Source of the DNA: Acidimicrobiales bacterium
Lineage (GTDB): Bacteria > Actinomycetota > Acidimicrobiia > Acidimicrobiales > Poriferisodalaceae
Direction of reading: 5' to 3'
DNA: 64,000 bases
Assembly: GCA_963663635.2 (NCBI GenBank)
Contig: CAXXMY010000017.1
Location: 91,461 to 155,460, forward strand
The translations under genes were made by a program, and so were the position numbers. The notes below the pieces were generated by a model. The model was given only the letters and a program-made list of their open reading frames with translations. It was not told where the DNA came from and did not search any database. Shown here piece after piece: positions 47,754-56,264 of the stretch (within the stretch, counting starts at the first letter, position 1; every line of letters starts with the position of its first letter).

Positions 47754-48472
47754 GCGAGCATCTCGGCGCGCTCGCGCCGCGACGGCGCCGCGACGCTCAC
47801 CATGGTGTCGCGAAGCTCGCCGTAGCCCGTCTCGACGATCACCAGCGGAAGGCCGAGGCGCTCGGCTCCCGCTCGTGCACATGCCTCGACGCGGACTCGT
47901 TCAGTCTCGTCGAGCGTCTGGGTCAGCAGGACGACTCGCTCGTAGTTGCCGAAGTACATCTCTGCGAGCTCGGGGTGCGCCTCGATGCCCAAGCCCTTCC
48001 ACACGAGCAGGTCAAAGTGACGCGCGAGGTAGTCGGTCAGGTAGAAGGTTGCGGGCTCGGCATCGTGCATTGCGGCGAAGCGGCCTGCGCCTGCGTAGAA
48101 CTCATAGCAGTGCGCTCCCGGCATCATCGACATCCGCGGTCCTTCGCCGGCTGCGTGCGCGGCCTCGAACTCTCGGCAGAGGTCCTCGAGCGATCCAGCG
48201 GTTCCGCAGTCGGCATACCCCAGCAGGATCTGTGCGTACGACTTGCCCTGCTTGCGGAGTCGGGCCAGCCGCTCGCGAACCGCGCCGGCAATCAACGCCG
48301 GGCGATTGTGCAGCTTGGCGGGCAGACATTCCACGTCGACGTTGACGAGACCGTGGTGGCGCACCACCGCTTGCATCTCGTTGACCAACGCGCCGCACCC
48401 AAGGACCAGAGTGCGCTCGACGTCCCCTTCGGCGTAGGGCATCGTCGCCAGCGGAGCGCTCATTGAAGTCAC
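47750..48472 (-). CDS. DUF1638 domain protein (recurrent neighbour of corrinoid methyltransferase genes; function unknown)
   Basis: LGCGAL...LHNRP...LGYADCGT pattern. Embedded in the operon with 1-4 nt gene junctions. Confidence 0.7.
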   Translation of the reverse strand: MTSMSAPLATMPYAEGDVERTLVLGCGALVNEMQAVVRHHGLVNVDVECLPAKLHNRPALIAGAVRERLARLRKQGKSYAQILLGYADCGTAGSLEDLCREFEAAHAAGEGPRMSMMPGAHCYEFYAGAGRFAAMHDAEPATFYLTDYLARHFDLLVWKGLGIEAHPELAEMYFGNYERVVLLTQTLDETERVRVEACARAGAERLGLPLVIVETGYGELRDTMVSVAAPSRRERAEMLA

Positions 48473-48473
48473 C

Positions 48474-49226
48474 TCAGGTTGCAGCGGCGCGGCGCGCCCG
48501 GATCAGATCGGTGGCGGTCTCCGAGGCGACTGCAGCGTCGCGGCAGTACGCATCCGCGCCGACTGCTTCGCCGAACTCCTGGTTCAACGGCGCCCCGCCC
48601 ACAATCACCAAATAGTCGTCACGCAAGCCCTTCTCGATGAGGGTGTCGACCACCACTTTCATGTAGGGCATCGTCGTAGTGAGCAGCGCCGACATGCCCA
48701 AGATGTCGGGTCGGTGCTCGTCGAGGGCTGCGAGGAACTGGTCGATGTCGGTATTGATGCCCAGGTCCACGACTTCGAAGCCGGCTCCTTCGAGCATCAT
48801 CCCGACGAGGTTCTTGCCGATGTCGTGGATATCGCCCTTGACGGTTCCGATGACGATCTTTCCGATGGGCTCCGCTCCGGTCTCGGCAAGCAGCGGACGC
48901 AGAATCGCCATGCCTGCCTTCATCGCGTTCGCCGCGAGAAGCACTTCGGGCACGAAGAGGATCCCGTCCCGGAAGTCGATCCCGACGATGCGCATGGCCT
49001 CAACGAGTGCCTCGTTGAGCACCTTGTCAGCCCCCCAGCCGCGGCCCAGCAGCAAATTGGTGCCCTCCACGATTTCGGGTCCGAGACCGTCGTAGAGATC
49101 ATCGTGCATCTGGGCAATGAGATCGTCGTCGTCGAGTTGAGAGAGATCGATCTCCTCGTCGACGTCGGCATCGGTTGTGCCGAGTGTTGACGTGTCGGCC
49201 ACGCCCCGTCCCCTCGTCATCGCCAT
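48474..49226 (-). CDS. corrinoid (cobalamin-binding) protein, MtgC/MtbC-like
   Basis: B12-binding cap helix region plus the DxHxxG motif (GDIHDIGKN) and the SALLTTT / GGAPL blocks. ATG 49226 is preferred; the longer ORF would run through the operator motif. Confidence 0.85.
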   Translation of the reverse strand: MAMTRGRGVADTSTLGTTDADVDEEIDLSQLDDDDLIAQMHDDLYDGLGPEIVEGTNLLLGRGWGADKVLNEALVEAMRIVGIDFRDGILFVPEVLLAANAMKAGMAILRPLLAETGAEPIGKIVIGTVKGDIHDIGKNLVGMMLEGAGFEVVDLGINTDIDQFLAALDEHRPDILGMSALLTTTMPYMKVVVDTLIEKGLRDDYLVIVGGAPLNQEFGEAVGADAYCRDAAVASETATDLIRARRAAAT

Positions 49227-49278
49227 AGCGAAGTCAAGCCGATCTCGACCCAACCCGCCGTGAGAAACCAATTTTATG

Positions 49279-49300
49279 GTTCCGCATTGTGGAACTGTGC
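49279..49300. promoter_or_regulatory. operator candidate upstream of the corrinoid-protein operon (site 3 of 3)
   Basis: gttccgcattgtggaactgtgc. It shares attgtggaactgt with site 2, and the downstream gcgttacggta resembles cgttaccgtaacg next to site 1. Confidence 0.5.
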
Positions 49301-49415
49301 CGCACAACGGCACAAAGCGTTACGGTATCACGAACCTCGCTCAAACGGCGACATCCCGAAGCAGCCCATTGCGCCCACGCCGGACGGGCTCAGCGCTTGC
49401 GCAACGAGGCGATCT

Positions 49416-51128
49416 TCAGGGCGAAATTGCGTTCACGGCGGCGACCACGTGCTCTGCGGTCTCACCGACTTCGATCAGTTGCGTCTCGCCGGTCAGGCGT
49501 TCGGTCAGCTCGAGCTTCCCCTGTGCGAGGCTCCGAGCCCCGACAGTGACCCGGAAGGGGATGCCGACCAACTCTGCGTCAGCCAACTTCACTCCGGGAC
49601 GGAGAGCGCGGTCGTCATAGATGCAGTCGATGTTCCGACGCTGCAATTCGGCGTACAACACCTCGCCGACGCTGGACTGCGCGGCGTCGGCGGGATCGAG
49701 CACCGTCACGACGACGTGAAATGGCGCAATGGCCACGGGCCAGCACAGTCCGCGGTCGTCGTAGTGCGTCTCGGCCACGGCTGCCATCGCCCGGCCGATG
49801 CCGATGCCGTAGCTGCCCATGATCGGCGTGCGTGCGATGCCGTCGGTGTCGAGCACCGACACGCCCATTGCCTCGGCGTACCGGCGCCCAAGCTTGAAGA
49901 TGTGACCGGCTTCGATGCAGCGGACGATCTCGAGCGCTGCTCCGCACTCAATACACGCTTCACCCGCCGACACCTCGCGGAGATCCGCCCAGCGCGGGCC
50001 GACAAGGTCACGTTCGACGTCAACACCTCGATAGTGCCAATCGTCGGAATTCGCGCCGGTCGTCATCGACCGCCGTCCTCGCAACGCTACGTCGGCATAG
50101 ACCGGCAGGTGATCGACGCCGAGGGCCCCCAAGCTGCCTGGATTGGCACCGAGCCCGGCGACGGTCTCGGCGGCCGACGCCGGCCGAATGTCGGCGGCAC
50201 CGGTGTGATCCGCAAGCTTCTGCAGATTCAGCTGGTGGTCTCCCCGCAGCGCAACGAGGGTGACTTCGCCGTCCAGCACCATCACCATCGTCTTGATCTG
50301 CCGGGAGGCCTCTGCGCCGCCGTCAAAGTCGCTGAGCTGGGCAATAGTCCGCACGCCAGGGGTGGGGAATCGCTCGGGGGCAGGACCCGACGGCGGATCG
50401 TCGACTGGCGGCACCGCAGCACGCGCCCGCTCGACATTGGCCCGGTAACTGCACGCTCCGCAGCGAGCGACGTCGTCCTCACCTGCAGGAGAAGCGACCA
50501 TGAATTCGACGCTGGCAGAGCCGCCCATGGCACCCGAAGAGGCCTCCACCGCCATGGCGTCCAGCCCGAGCCGCTCGAAAATCCGCAGATAGGCCTCGCG
50601 GTGTGCCTCGAACGAGACATCAAGGCCGGATTCGTCGATGTCGAAGCTGTAGGAGTCCTTCATTACGAATTCGCGAACCCGCAGCAGGCCGCTCTTGGGC
50701 CTGGGCTCGTCGCGAAATTTGGTCTGGATCTGGTACCACGTCTGAGGCAGCTCACGATACGAGCTCATCTCCGCAGCCAGCAGCGCGAAGACTTCCTCGT
50801 GGGTCATGCCCAACACGACGTCGACATCGTTTCGGTCTCGCAGCCGGAACATCTCCGCACCCATGACGTCCCACCGGCCGCTGCGCTGCCACAGCGTTGC
50901 CGGGTGCATCGCAGGGAGCAAGAACTCCTGTGCACCCATGGCGTCCATTTCGGCTCGGACGATGTCGGCCACTCTGCGATGAACGCGCAGCCCCAGCGGC
51001 AGCAAGCTGTAGTGGCCGGAGTGCAGCTGGCGGATGAAGCCGGCGCGAACGAGCAGCCGATGGCTGGCGGCTTCGGCGTCTGCGGGCGGCTCGCGCAGCG
51101 TGGGTATGAACGAATCAGACCATCGCAT
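49416..51128 (-). CDS. proS: proline--tRNA ligase
   Basis: Class II aaRS motifs and ProRS-specific blocks (FIPTLRE, RAGFIRQ, FRDE.RP..GL.R.REF, a bacterial-type insertion domain, and a C-terminal anticodon-binding domain). Confidence 0.9.
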   Translation of the reverse strand: MRWSDSFIPTLREPPADAEAASHRLLVRAGFIRQLHSGHYSLLPLGLRVHRRVADIVRAEMDAMGAQEFLLPAMHPATLWQRSGRWDVMGAEMFRLRDRNDVDVVLGMTHEEVFALLAAEMSSYRELPQTWYQIQTKFRDEPRPKSGLLRVREFVMKDSYSFDIDESGLDVSFEAHREAYLRIFERLGLDAMAVEASSGAMGGSASVEFMVASPAGEDDVARCGACSYRANVERARAAVPPVDDPPSGPAPERFPTPGVRTIAQLSDFDGGAEASRQIKTMVMVLDGEVTLVALRGDHQLNLQKLADHTGAADIRPASAAETVAGLGANPGSLGALGVDHLPVYADVALRGRRSMTTGANSDDWHYRGVDVERDLVGPRWADLREVSAGEACIECGAALEIVRCIEAGHIFKLGRRYAEAMGVSVLDTDGIARTPIMGSYGIGIGRAMAAVAETHYDDRGLCWPVAIAPFHVVVTVLDPADAAQSSVGEVLYAELQRRNIDCIYDDRALRPGVKLADAELVGIPFRVTVGARSLAQGKLELTERLTGETQLIEVGETAEHVVAAVNAISP

Positions 51129-51354
51129 CCGATGCAGGATAAGCGGGGGAGCGATGACGGCAAAGCGTTGTGATGGCCTCGGGGCCCGCTACCCTCAACC
51201 CCCGACACCGATGGCCGCGCGTCGACCGCGCGGTCTCGGCCACGGACCGGGGCAGCAAATGTCCCCTTCGGGTCCTGCATCGGCGGCTCGGGTGAAGCGC
51301 AATTGCGGCTCGAGCGGACGTTGCGGTTGCTCTCCCGGTCGACTCCTTGACGCG

Positions 51355-54300
51355 ATGAGCGACGAACACTCACTGACACGTACGGCGAAACAACCCGCGC
51401 GAGCGGCTCTGGCTGCCGCGACCGCGGACGCGAGCGCCCGCAACGGGCGCTCGGATGCCGCGCGCCCAGAGCGCACCGCCAACGGAGCGATGATCTCGGC
51501 GTTGGCCTCGATGCGGTGGCACGAAATCGCTCGACTGGTGTGGTCTGAGGCACACCGAACAGCGGGACTGCTGGAAGTCGCAACGCTCGAGACCGACCCG
51601 ACGCGCTGGGAACGGGTGCTGCTCGACTTGCTCGAACAGACCGAGGAGTCGCTCGCTTCAGCACGCCGGCTTCCCCGTGGCGTGCGCCGGCAGGTCGTCC
51701 GGGACTTCGAGAGCGATCTCGAAGAACTGGCCGATGCCTACCGTCGCCTGACCGGGCTCGACGCGACCGAATCGACCGACGAATCCGCCCAAGCGCACGA
51801 AGTTGACGCCCTTGCCGCTGACGTTTCGACGCCTCCAGCTGAGCCGGCGGCACTCCAGCTGTCGTGGCAGCCGGGTCGGATCGTGGCCTGGGCTGCTGGT
51901 GCCGGCAGCGAACCCGAGCGCACCGAACGCATCATTGACCGGCTCGCGGCCTCGGGCGCTCCTGACCGCGTGTGGCGACCACATCCCGCACTCAAGCTCC
52001 CTGGTGGTCACACGGCCGAGGCGCTCGTGGCTGACGTCGGCGATGTCCTGGGCTGGCTCGTGGCGCTCGAGGGTCCGCTCGCCGTTCCAGGGTCATCTGA
52101 AACCGGCAAGCTGCCCGTCGGCGAGACGACGGCGACGGGGATGGTCGCCGGACCGACCCTGACCGCCGACGAGTCGCTTCACGGCAACGAATCACTGAAT
52201 TCCACGGCCGATGACTCCGACGCCGACCAGCTCATGGGTGCAAGTGCCGCATGGCTGCGTTTTGCCGCGACCGTCGCCGTCGAGCTCGTCGCTGGGGGCC
52301 GGGCCGTTCCCCGACTCCACCGCACACGCAAGCGACGCAACCGCAAACGACCCGACACGGCTGAGTTTTCGGTGCAGTGGCAGCCTGCGGCATTGGACAC
52401 CGAAAAGTTCGAGCAGCTCGTAGGGACACTGCCCGGTGCCGTCGCCGCATCCGAGCCCAAAACCGAGCCTCGCGCAGTCGTCCAGTCGGCGCTCGTGGGC
52501 ATGGTTGACGCGATCATGACAAGCGCCGCACGTCGCCTGGACGTCCCCGCAGCCTCGCCCGAGCCGCGCAGCCGCGCAGAGATGGCAGAAGCGTTCCTCG
52601 CACATCTGGACGGCACGCGGTTCACCGGGTCCGCCACGCACGGTTCAGATCTGGCGCGACGAATCGAGCAATGGGCCCGTCCGGTCACCAGTGCATCGCG
52701 ACAATCGCTCGTCGTTCAGTTGGACGAACCTGACGATGCAGGCGCATGGCATCTGCGAGTCCTCGCACTCAACCCAGAGGGCGCGCGCGAGCCCGTCGAG
52801 GTTGCGATGGTGAGCGGTGTGAGCACACATCGCACCGATGTACGCGACCAGCTCACCCGGCTCGAACGACTGCTGCCGGTTCTGATGCGCCCCGGCGGCA
52901 AGCGCCGCGGCGAAGTGATCCTGAGCCAGGACGAGGCCTGGGAGCTGATGTCGGTCATCGGGCCGGCATTGCAATCAGCCGGCTTCGGAGTGCGCGTCCC
53001 GGATCTGTCGCGTGATCGTCCCGCGCCGTCCCTCCGGCTGACTGCGCAGGAGTCCGGCGGCAGCGCCCTCGGCGCCCAGCAGCTCACCGCAGTGAGCTGG
53101 ACGGCCGTGTTCGGCGATGTGGAGCTGAGCATGGACGAGATCCACGATCTCGCTTCCCAAGCCCGGCCACTCGTGCGCGATAAGGGCAAGTGGATCGCCC
53201 TCGACCATGCAGACCTTGCCGAGGCCGCCGCCGCGCTGGCCGAACGTGCCGATGTCAACGCGCTGACTGGCTCCCAGATGCTTCGCCAGGTACTGGGTCT
53301 CGAGGGTCCCGCAGTGCGCGGTGGCATCACCATTTCGGGCAGCGGATGGGCCGCTGACCTTCTGCGTGCAGCCACGGCGATCCCCGCTGCGCCTCGACGC
53401 TCTCCGGACGGCTTCGTGGGAGAGCTCCGCAACTATCAGGCCGACGCCGTCGCCTGGCTCGAGTTCCTCGACAGCGCTGGCCTCGGCGGCTGCCTCGCCC
53501 TCGATATGGGGCTCGGCAAGACGCCCACCGTGCTTGCACGACTGGCCGAAGATCACAGAGCTGGCCCCGCGATGGTCATCGCTCCGCCCGCTGTGGTGGG
53601 GAATTGGGCCGCGGAAGCGGCACGATTCACACCTGGCTTGAAGATCGCTGTTCACCACGGCCCGTCACGGCGTGCTCCCGAGGAACTGGCGCTGTCGTTG
53701 CGCGGCTCCGCCGGCCGCCTCAGCGTCAACGGTTCCGGCCCCGGCGCCGCAGACGAGATCGACCTCGTGATCACGACGTACGGGACAGCCGTACGAGACA
53801 TCGAAGCGCTGTCGGACGTCGTCTGGGACCGGATCATCGTCGACGAGGCACAAGTCATCAAGAACCACACCAGTGAGACGGCCAAGCAGCTGCGACGCCT
53901 CAATGCACGCAGCCGCCTCGCACTCACCGGCACTCCCATCGAGAACGGCTTGGGCGACCTGTGGTCCATCATGGACTTCTGCAATCCGGGACTGGTGGGA
54001 GCCCGAGCGCCCTTCATCGCACAGCTGCAGCGTCCCGGCGATGCCCGAGGCGCAGCAGAATCGGCGTTGCATGTGCTGAACGGCGTGCTCGTGTTCCGGC
54101 GCACGAAATCCGAGCCCCAAATCGCTGCAGAGCTTCCCGATCGCATCGACGAGCTCGCGCACTGTGCCATGACACCCGAACAGATCGGCCTCTATCAGGC
54201 CGTGCTCGACCAGCTGATCGTCGACACCGCCGAGAGCGAGCATGCGGGCGACAGGCGCAAGGGCGCTGTTCTGGCAGCGATCACAGCTCTCAAACAAATC

Positions 54301-54966
54301 TGCAACCACCCGCTCAACTTCCGCCCCGCCGGCGAAGACACCCGGATCGAGGGCCGCAGCGGCAAGCTCGACCGCTTGAACGAGATTCTCGAGGCCGTCT
54401 TCGCTTCGGGGGAGCGGGCTTTGGTCTTCACCCACTTCGCCACCTGGGGTGAACGACTGGCCGGTTATCTCTCGGCGCGAACCGGGTACGACATCGACTG
54501 CTACCACGGCGGCCTCGGCCGTACGGCCCGGGACCGCATGGTGAAGAGATTCCAGACCGAAGAGGGGCCGGGCGCCATGGTGTTGTCGCTCAAGGCTGGC
54601 GGCACTGGTTTGAATCTGACCGCTGCGAGCCATGTCGTGCTCTATGACCGATGGTGGAATCCCGCTGTGGAGGACCAGGCGCGTGATCGCGCCTGGCGAA
54701 TCGGTCAGACCCGCACTGTCATCTGCCACCGGCTGGTCTGCCCCGGAACCGTCGACGAACGAGTCGAGGAGGTGGTTGCCGGCAAGCGTCGCATCGCCGA
54801 CATGGTGCTGCCGAAATCGAGCTCCATCGGAGATCTTGACGCCGAGCAACTGCGCCACGCCCTCGGCATCGACACTGGCGCACTCCTGACTGATGACCTC
54901 GAGAATGCCGACGCCGTCCGAGCCGAGCTCAAAGCTGCAGGCGTCGGCGGCGCAGGAGCGCTATGA
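51355..54966 (+). CDS. SNF2-family helicase (HelZ-like) with a long N-terminal accessory region
   Basis: LRNYQ..AV.WL, DMGLGKT, DEAQ.IKN, and helicase-C blocks (LKAGGTGLNLT, DRWWNPAVE.QA.DRA.RIGQ). The start was chosen downstream of the divergent proS and is uncertain. Confidence 0.8.
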   Translation: MSDEHSLTRTAKQPARAALAAATADASARNGRSDAARPERTANGAMISALASMRWHEIARLVWSEAHRTAGLLEVATLETDPTRWERVLLDLLEQTEESLASARRLPRGVRRQVVRDFESDLEELADAYRRLTGLDATESTDESAQAHEVDALAADVSTPPAEPAALQLSWQPGRIVAWAAGAGSEPERTERIIDRLAASGAPDRVWRPHPALKLPGGHTAEALVADVGDVLGWLVALEGPLAVPGSSETGKLPVGETTATGMVAGPTLTADESLHGNESLNSTADDSDADQLMGASAAWLRFAATVAVELVAGGRAVPRLHRTRKRRNRKRPDTAEFSVQWQPAALDTEKFEQLVGTLPGAVAASEPKTEPRAVVQSALVGMVDAIMTSAARRLDVPAASPEPRSRAEMAEAFLAHLDGTRFTGSATHGSDLARRIEQWARPVTSASRQSLVVQLDEPDDAGAWHLRVLALNPEGAREPVEVAMVSGVSTHRTDVRDQLTRLERLLPVLMRPGGKRRGEVILSQDEAWELMSVIGPALQSAGFGVRVPDLSRDRPAPSLRLTAQESGGSALGAQQLTAVSWTAVFGDVELSMDEIHDLASQARPLVRDKGKWIALDHADLAEAAAALAERADVNALTGSQMLRQVLGLEGPAVRGGITISGSGWAADLLRAATAIPAAPRRSPDGFVGELRNYQADAVAWLEFLDSAGLGGCLALDMGLGKTPTVLARLAEDHRAGPAMVIAPPAVVGNWAAEAARFTPGLKIAVHHGPSRRAPEELALSLRGSAGRLSVNGSGPGAADEIDLVITTYGTAVRDIEALSDVVWDRIIVDEAQVIKNHTSETAKQLRRLNARSRLALTGTPIENGLGDLWSIMDFCNPGLVGARAPFIAQLQRPGDARGAAESALHVLNGVLVFRRTKSEPQIAAELPDRIDELAHCAMTPEQIGLYQAVLDQLIVDTAESEHAGDRRKGAVLAAITALKQICNHPLNFRPAGEDTRIEGRSGKLDRLNEILEAVFASGERALVFTHFATWGERLAGYLSARTGYDIDCYHGGLGRTARDRMVKRFQTEEGPGAMVLSLKAGGTGLNLTAASHVVLYDRWWNPAVEDQARDRAWRIGQTRTVICHRLVCPGTVDERVEEVVAGKRRIADMVLPKSSSIGDLDAEQLRHALGIDTGALLTDDLENADAVRAELKAAGVGGAGAL

Positions 54967-55391
54967 GTTCGCGCAGACGTCGCAAGACATCGCGCACGCG
55001 CCGCCTCGATGGCAACGATGCGCAGCAGCGCCAGGCTGCTCACGCCGCCATGTCGTTCTGGCACGGACGAGTGAATGCAGCCAACGCGCCGGGCAATGGC
55101 TCCGACGGCACGTCGCCGGCCGATACTTCCGGGAAAGCAGCATCCGAAGCATCCCAGTCGCAGGACCAGGTCCCCCCGGACACCGCGCCGCCCCTGGTTT
55201 TCGACAGGCCACGGCGGATCACCGTCACCGCCGATCCCACGTCGACGGTCCGCTCGCTCGGGAAGCCACCGCTGGCGGGGCGCGAGGTCGTCGCCGAGCA
55301 CTACTTCGAGGCCGTCTACAAGCGGGCAGTTGCGATGGCAGGAGCCCTCGCGGCAGCCGGCGATCTCCTCGCCGACGACGACTCAGCCTGA
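54963..55391 (+). CDS. hypothetical protein, translationally coupled to the helicase (ATGA overlap)
   Basis: Its ATG overlaps the helicase stop. It has an Arg-rich N-terminus, a low-complexity middle and a conserved-looking C-terminal region. No family recognised. Confidence 0.45.
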   Translation: MSSRRRRKTSRTRRLDGNDAQQRQAAHAAMSFWHGRVNAANAPGNGSDGTSPADTSGKAASEASQSQDQVPPDTAPPLVFDRPRRITVTADPTSTVRSLGKPPLAGREVVAEHYFEAVYKRAVAMAGALAAAGDLLADDDSA

Positions 55392-55423
55392 GCGCCGCCG
55401 GGCACGGGCGTTTGGCGAAGGCG

Positions 55424-56146
55424 CTAGCCGGCGGCCTCGGGGTCGAATCCGACTTCCTTGCCGCGGTTGATGCTGACCCAGTCGCGGGCCTCCAAGTACG
55501 GCTTGAACGTCTCGTAGATCGCCCGCTCGTCATCAGCCATCTTGGGCCGCTGAACTTCGTACAGGCGTGGGAACTCCAGCCAGCCCACCACAAGGTCCCA
55601 CATCCGCAGCGCTGCATCGCCCGTGGGGGGCTCGAGCAGCACCGGACCGAAGATGGCCTTGTCGTCGAAGAAGAGCGTCGGAACGCCGAAGCCGCCCGAG
55701 TCGATCACTCTTTGGTGCTCGGCCTTGATCTCATCGTGGGTGGTCTCATCGGAGATGGACACATCGACAACGTCGGGATCGGCACCGATCTCTCGCAGCA
55801 GATGCCGGGCAACGTCAGGGTTGTGGGGGCGATTGCCGTCGACATGCAAGGCACGTCCCGATGCGGCGTACCACTTGTCGAGCATGTCCATGGAGTCGCG
55901 GCGCAGGATTGCCCCGATCCGCATCATCGACCAGCCGTAGCTCCACTCGCGTTCCCACGGGTGCCTCTTGCCTTCGCGCAGGTTCACCTCTTCGAGGCTG
56001 AAGAACTTCCAGTTGACCTGCAGGCCGAGCCGGTCTCGTACATCTCTCATCCACAGCGACGTCTGATATGCCCACGGGCACATCACGTCGAAGTGGAAAT
56101 CGACCTCCATCGGGCCGGTGTAGCTATCTGCGTCAATGGTTCTCAT
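55424..56146 (-). CDS. DsbA-family thioredoxin-fold protein (mycoredoxin-2 / Rv2466c-like), CPWA active-site variant
   Basis: FDVMCPWAYQ motif near the N-terminus and GGFGVPTLF later in the sequence. Confidence 0.7.
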   Translation of the reverse strand: MRTIDADSYTGPMEVDFHFDVMCPWAYQTSLWMRDVRDRLGLQVNWKFFSLEEVNLREGKRHPWEREWSYGWSMMRIGAILRRDSMDMLDKWYAASGRALHVDGNRPHNPDVARHLLREIGADPDVVDVSISDETTHDEIKAEHQRVIDSGGFGVPTLFFDDKAIFGPVLLEPPTGDAALRMWDLVVGWLEFPRLYEVQRPKMADDERAIYETFKPYLEARDWVSINRGKEVGFDPEAAG

Positions 56147-56214
56147 CCCGACATCCTCTCAGGGGGATACGTCAATTGCTCAAGCGTCCTCACCCGACCG
56201 CTCAGCCTCGGCGC

Positions 56215-56264
56215 GCCAACGCGGCCGCTCAGCCGCGCCTTGCCAACGCGGCCGCTCAGCCGCG
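56215..56264. repeat. two tandem copies (period 27 nt) of gccaacgcggccgctcagccgcg; the second copy contains the stop codon of the deacylase gene
   Basis: Copies at 56215-56237 and 56242-56264, with a weaker third copy upstream at about 56197-56214. Confidence 0.8.

Noticed and set aside
49260-51173. 637-aa plus-strand ORF
   Set aside because: It is entirely antisense to proS, which carries unambiguous class II synthetase motifs.
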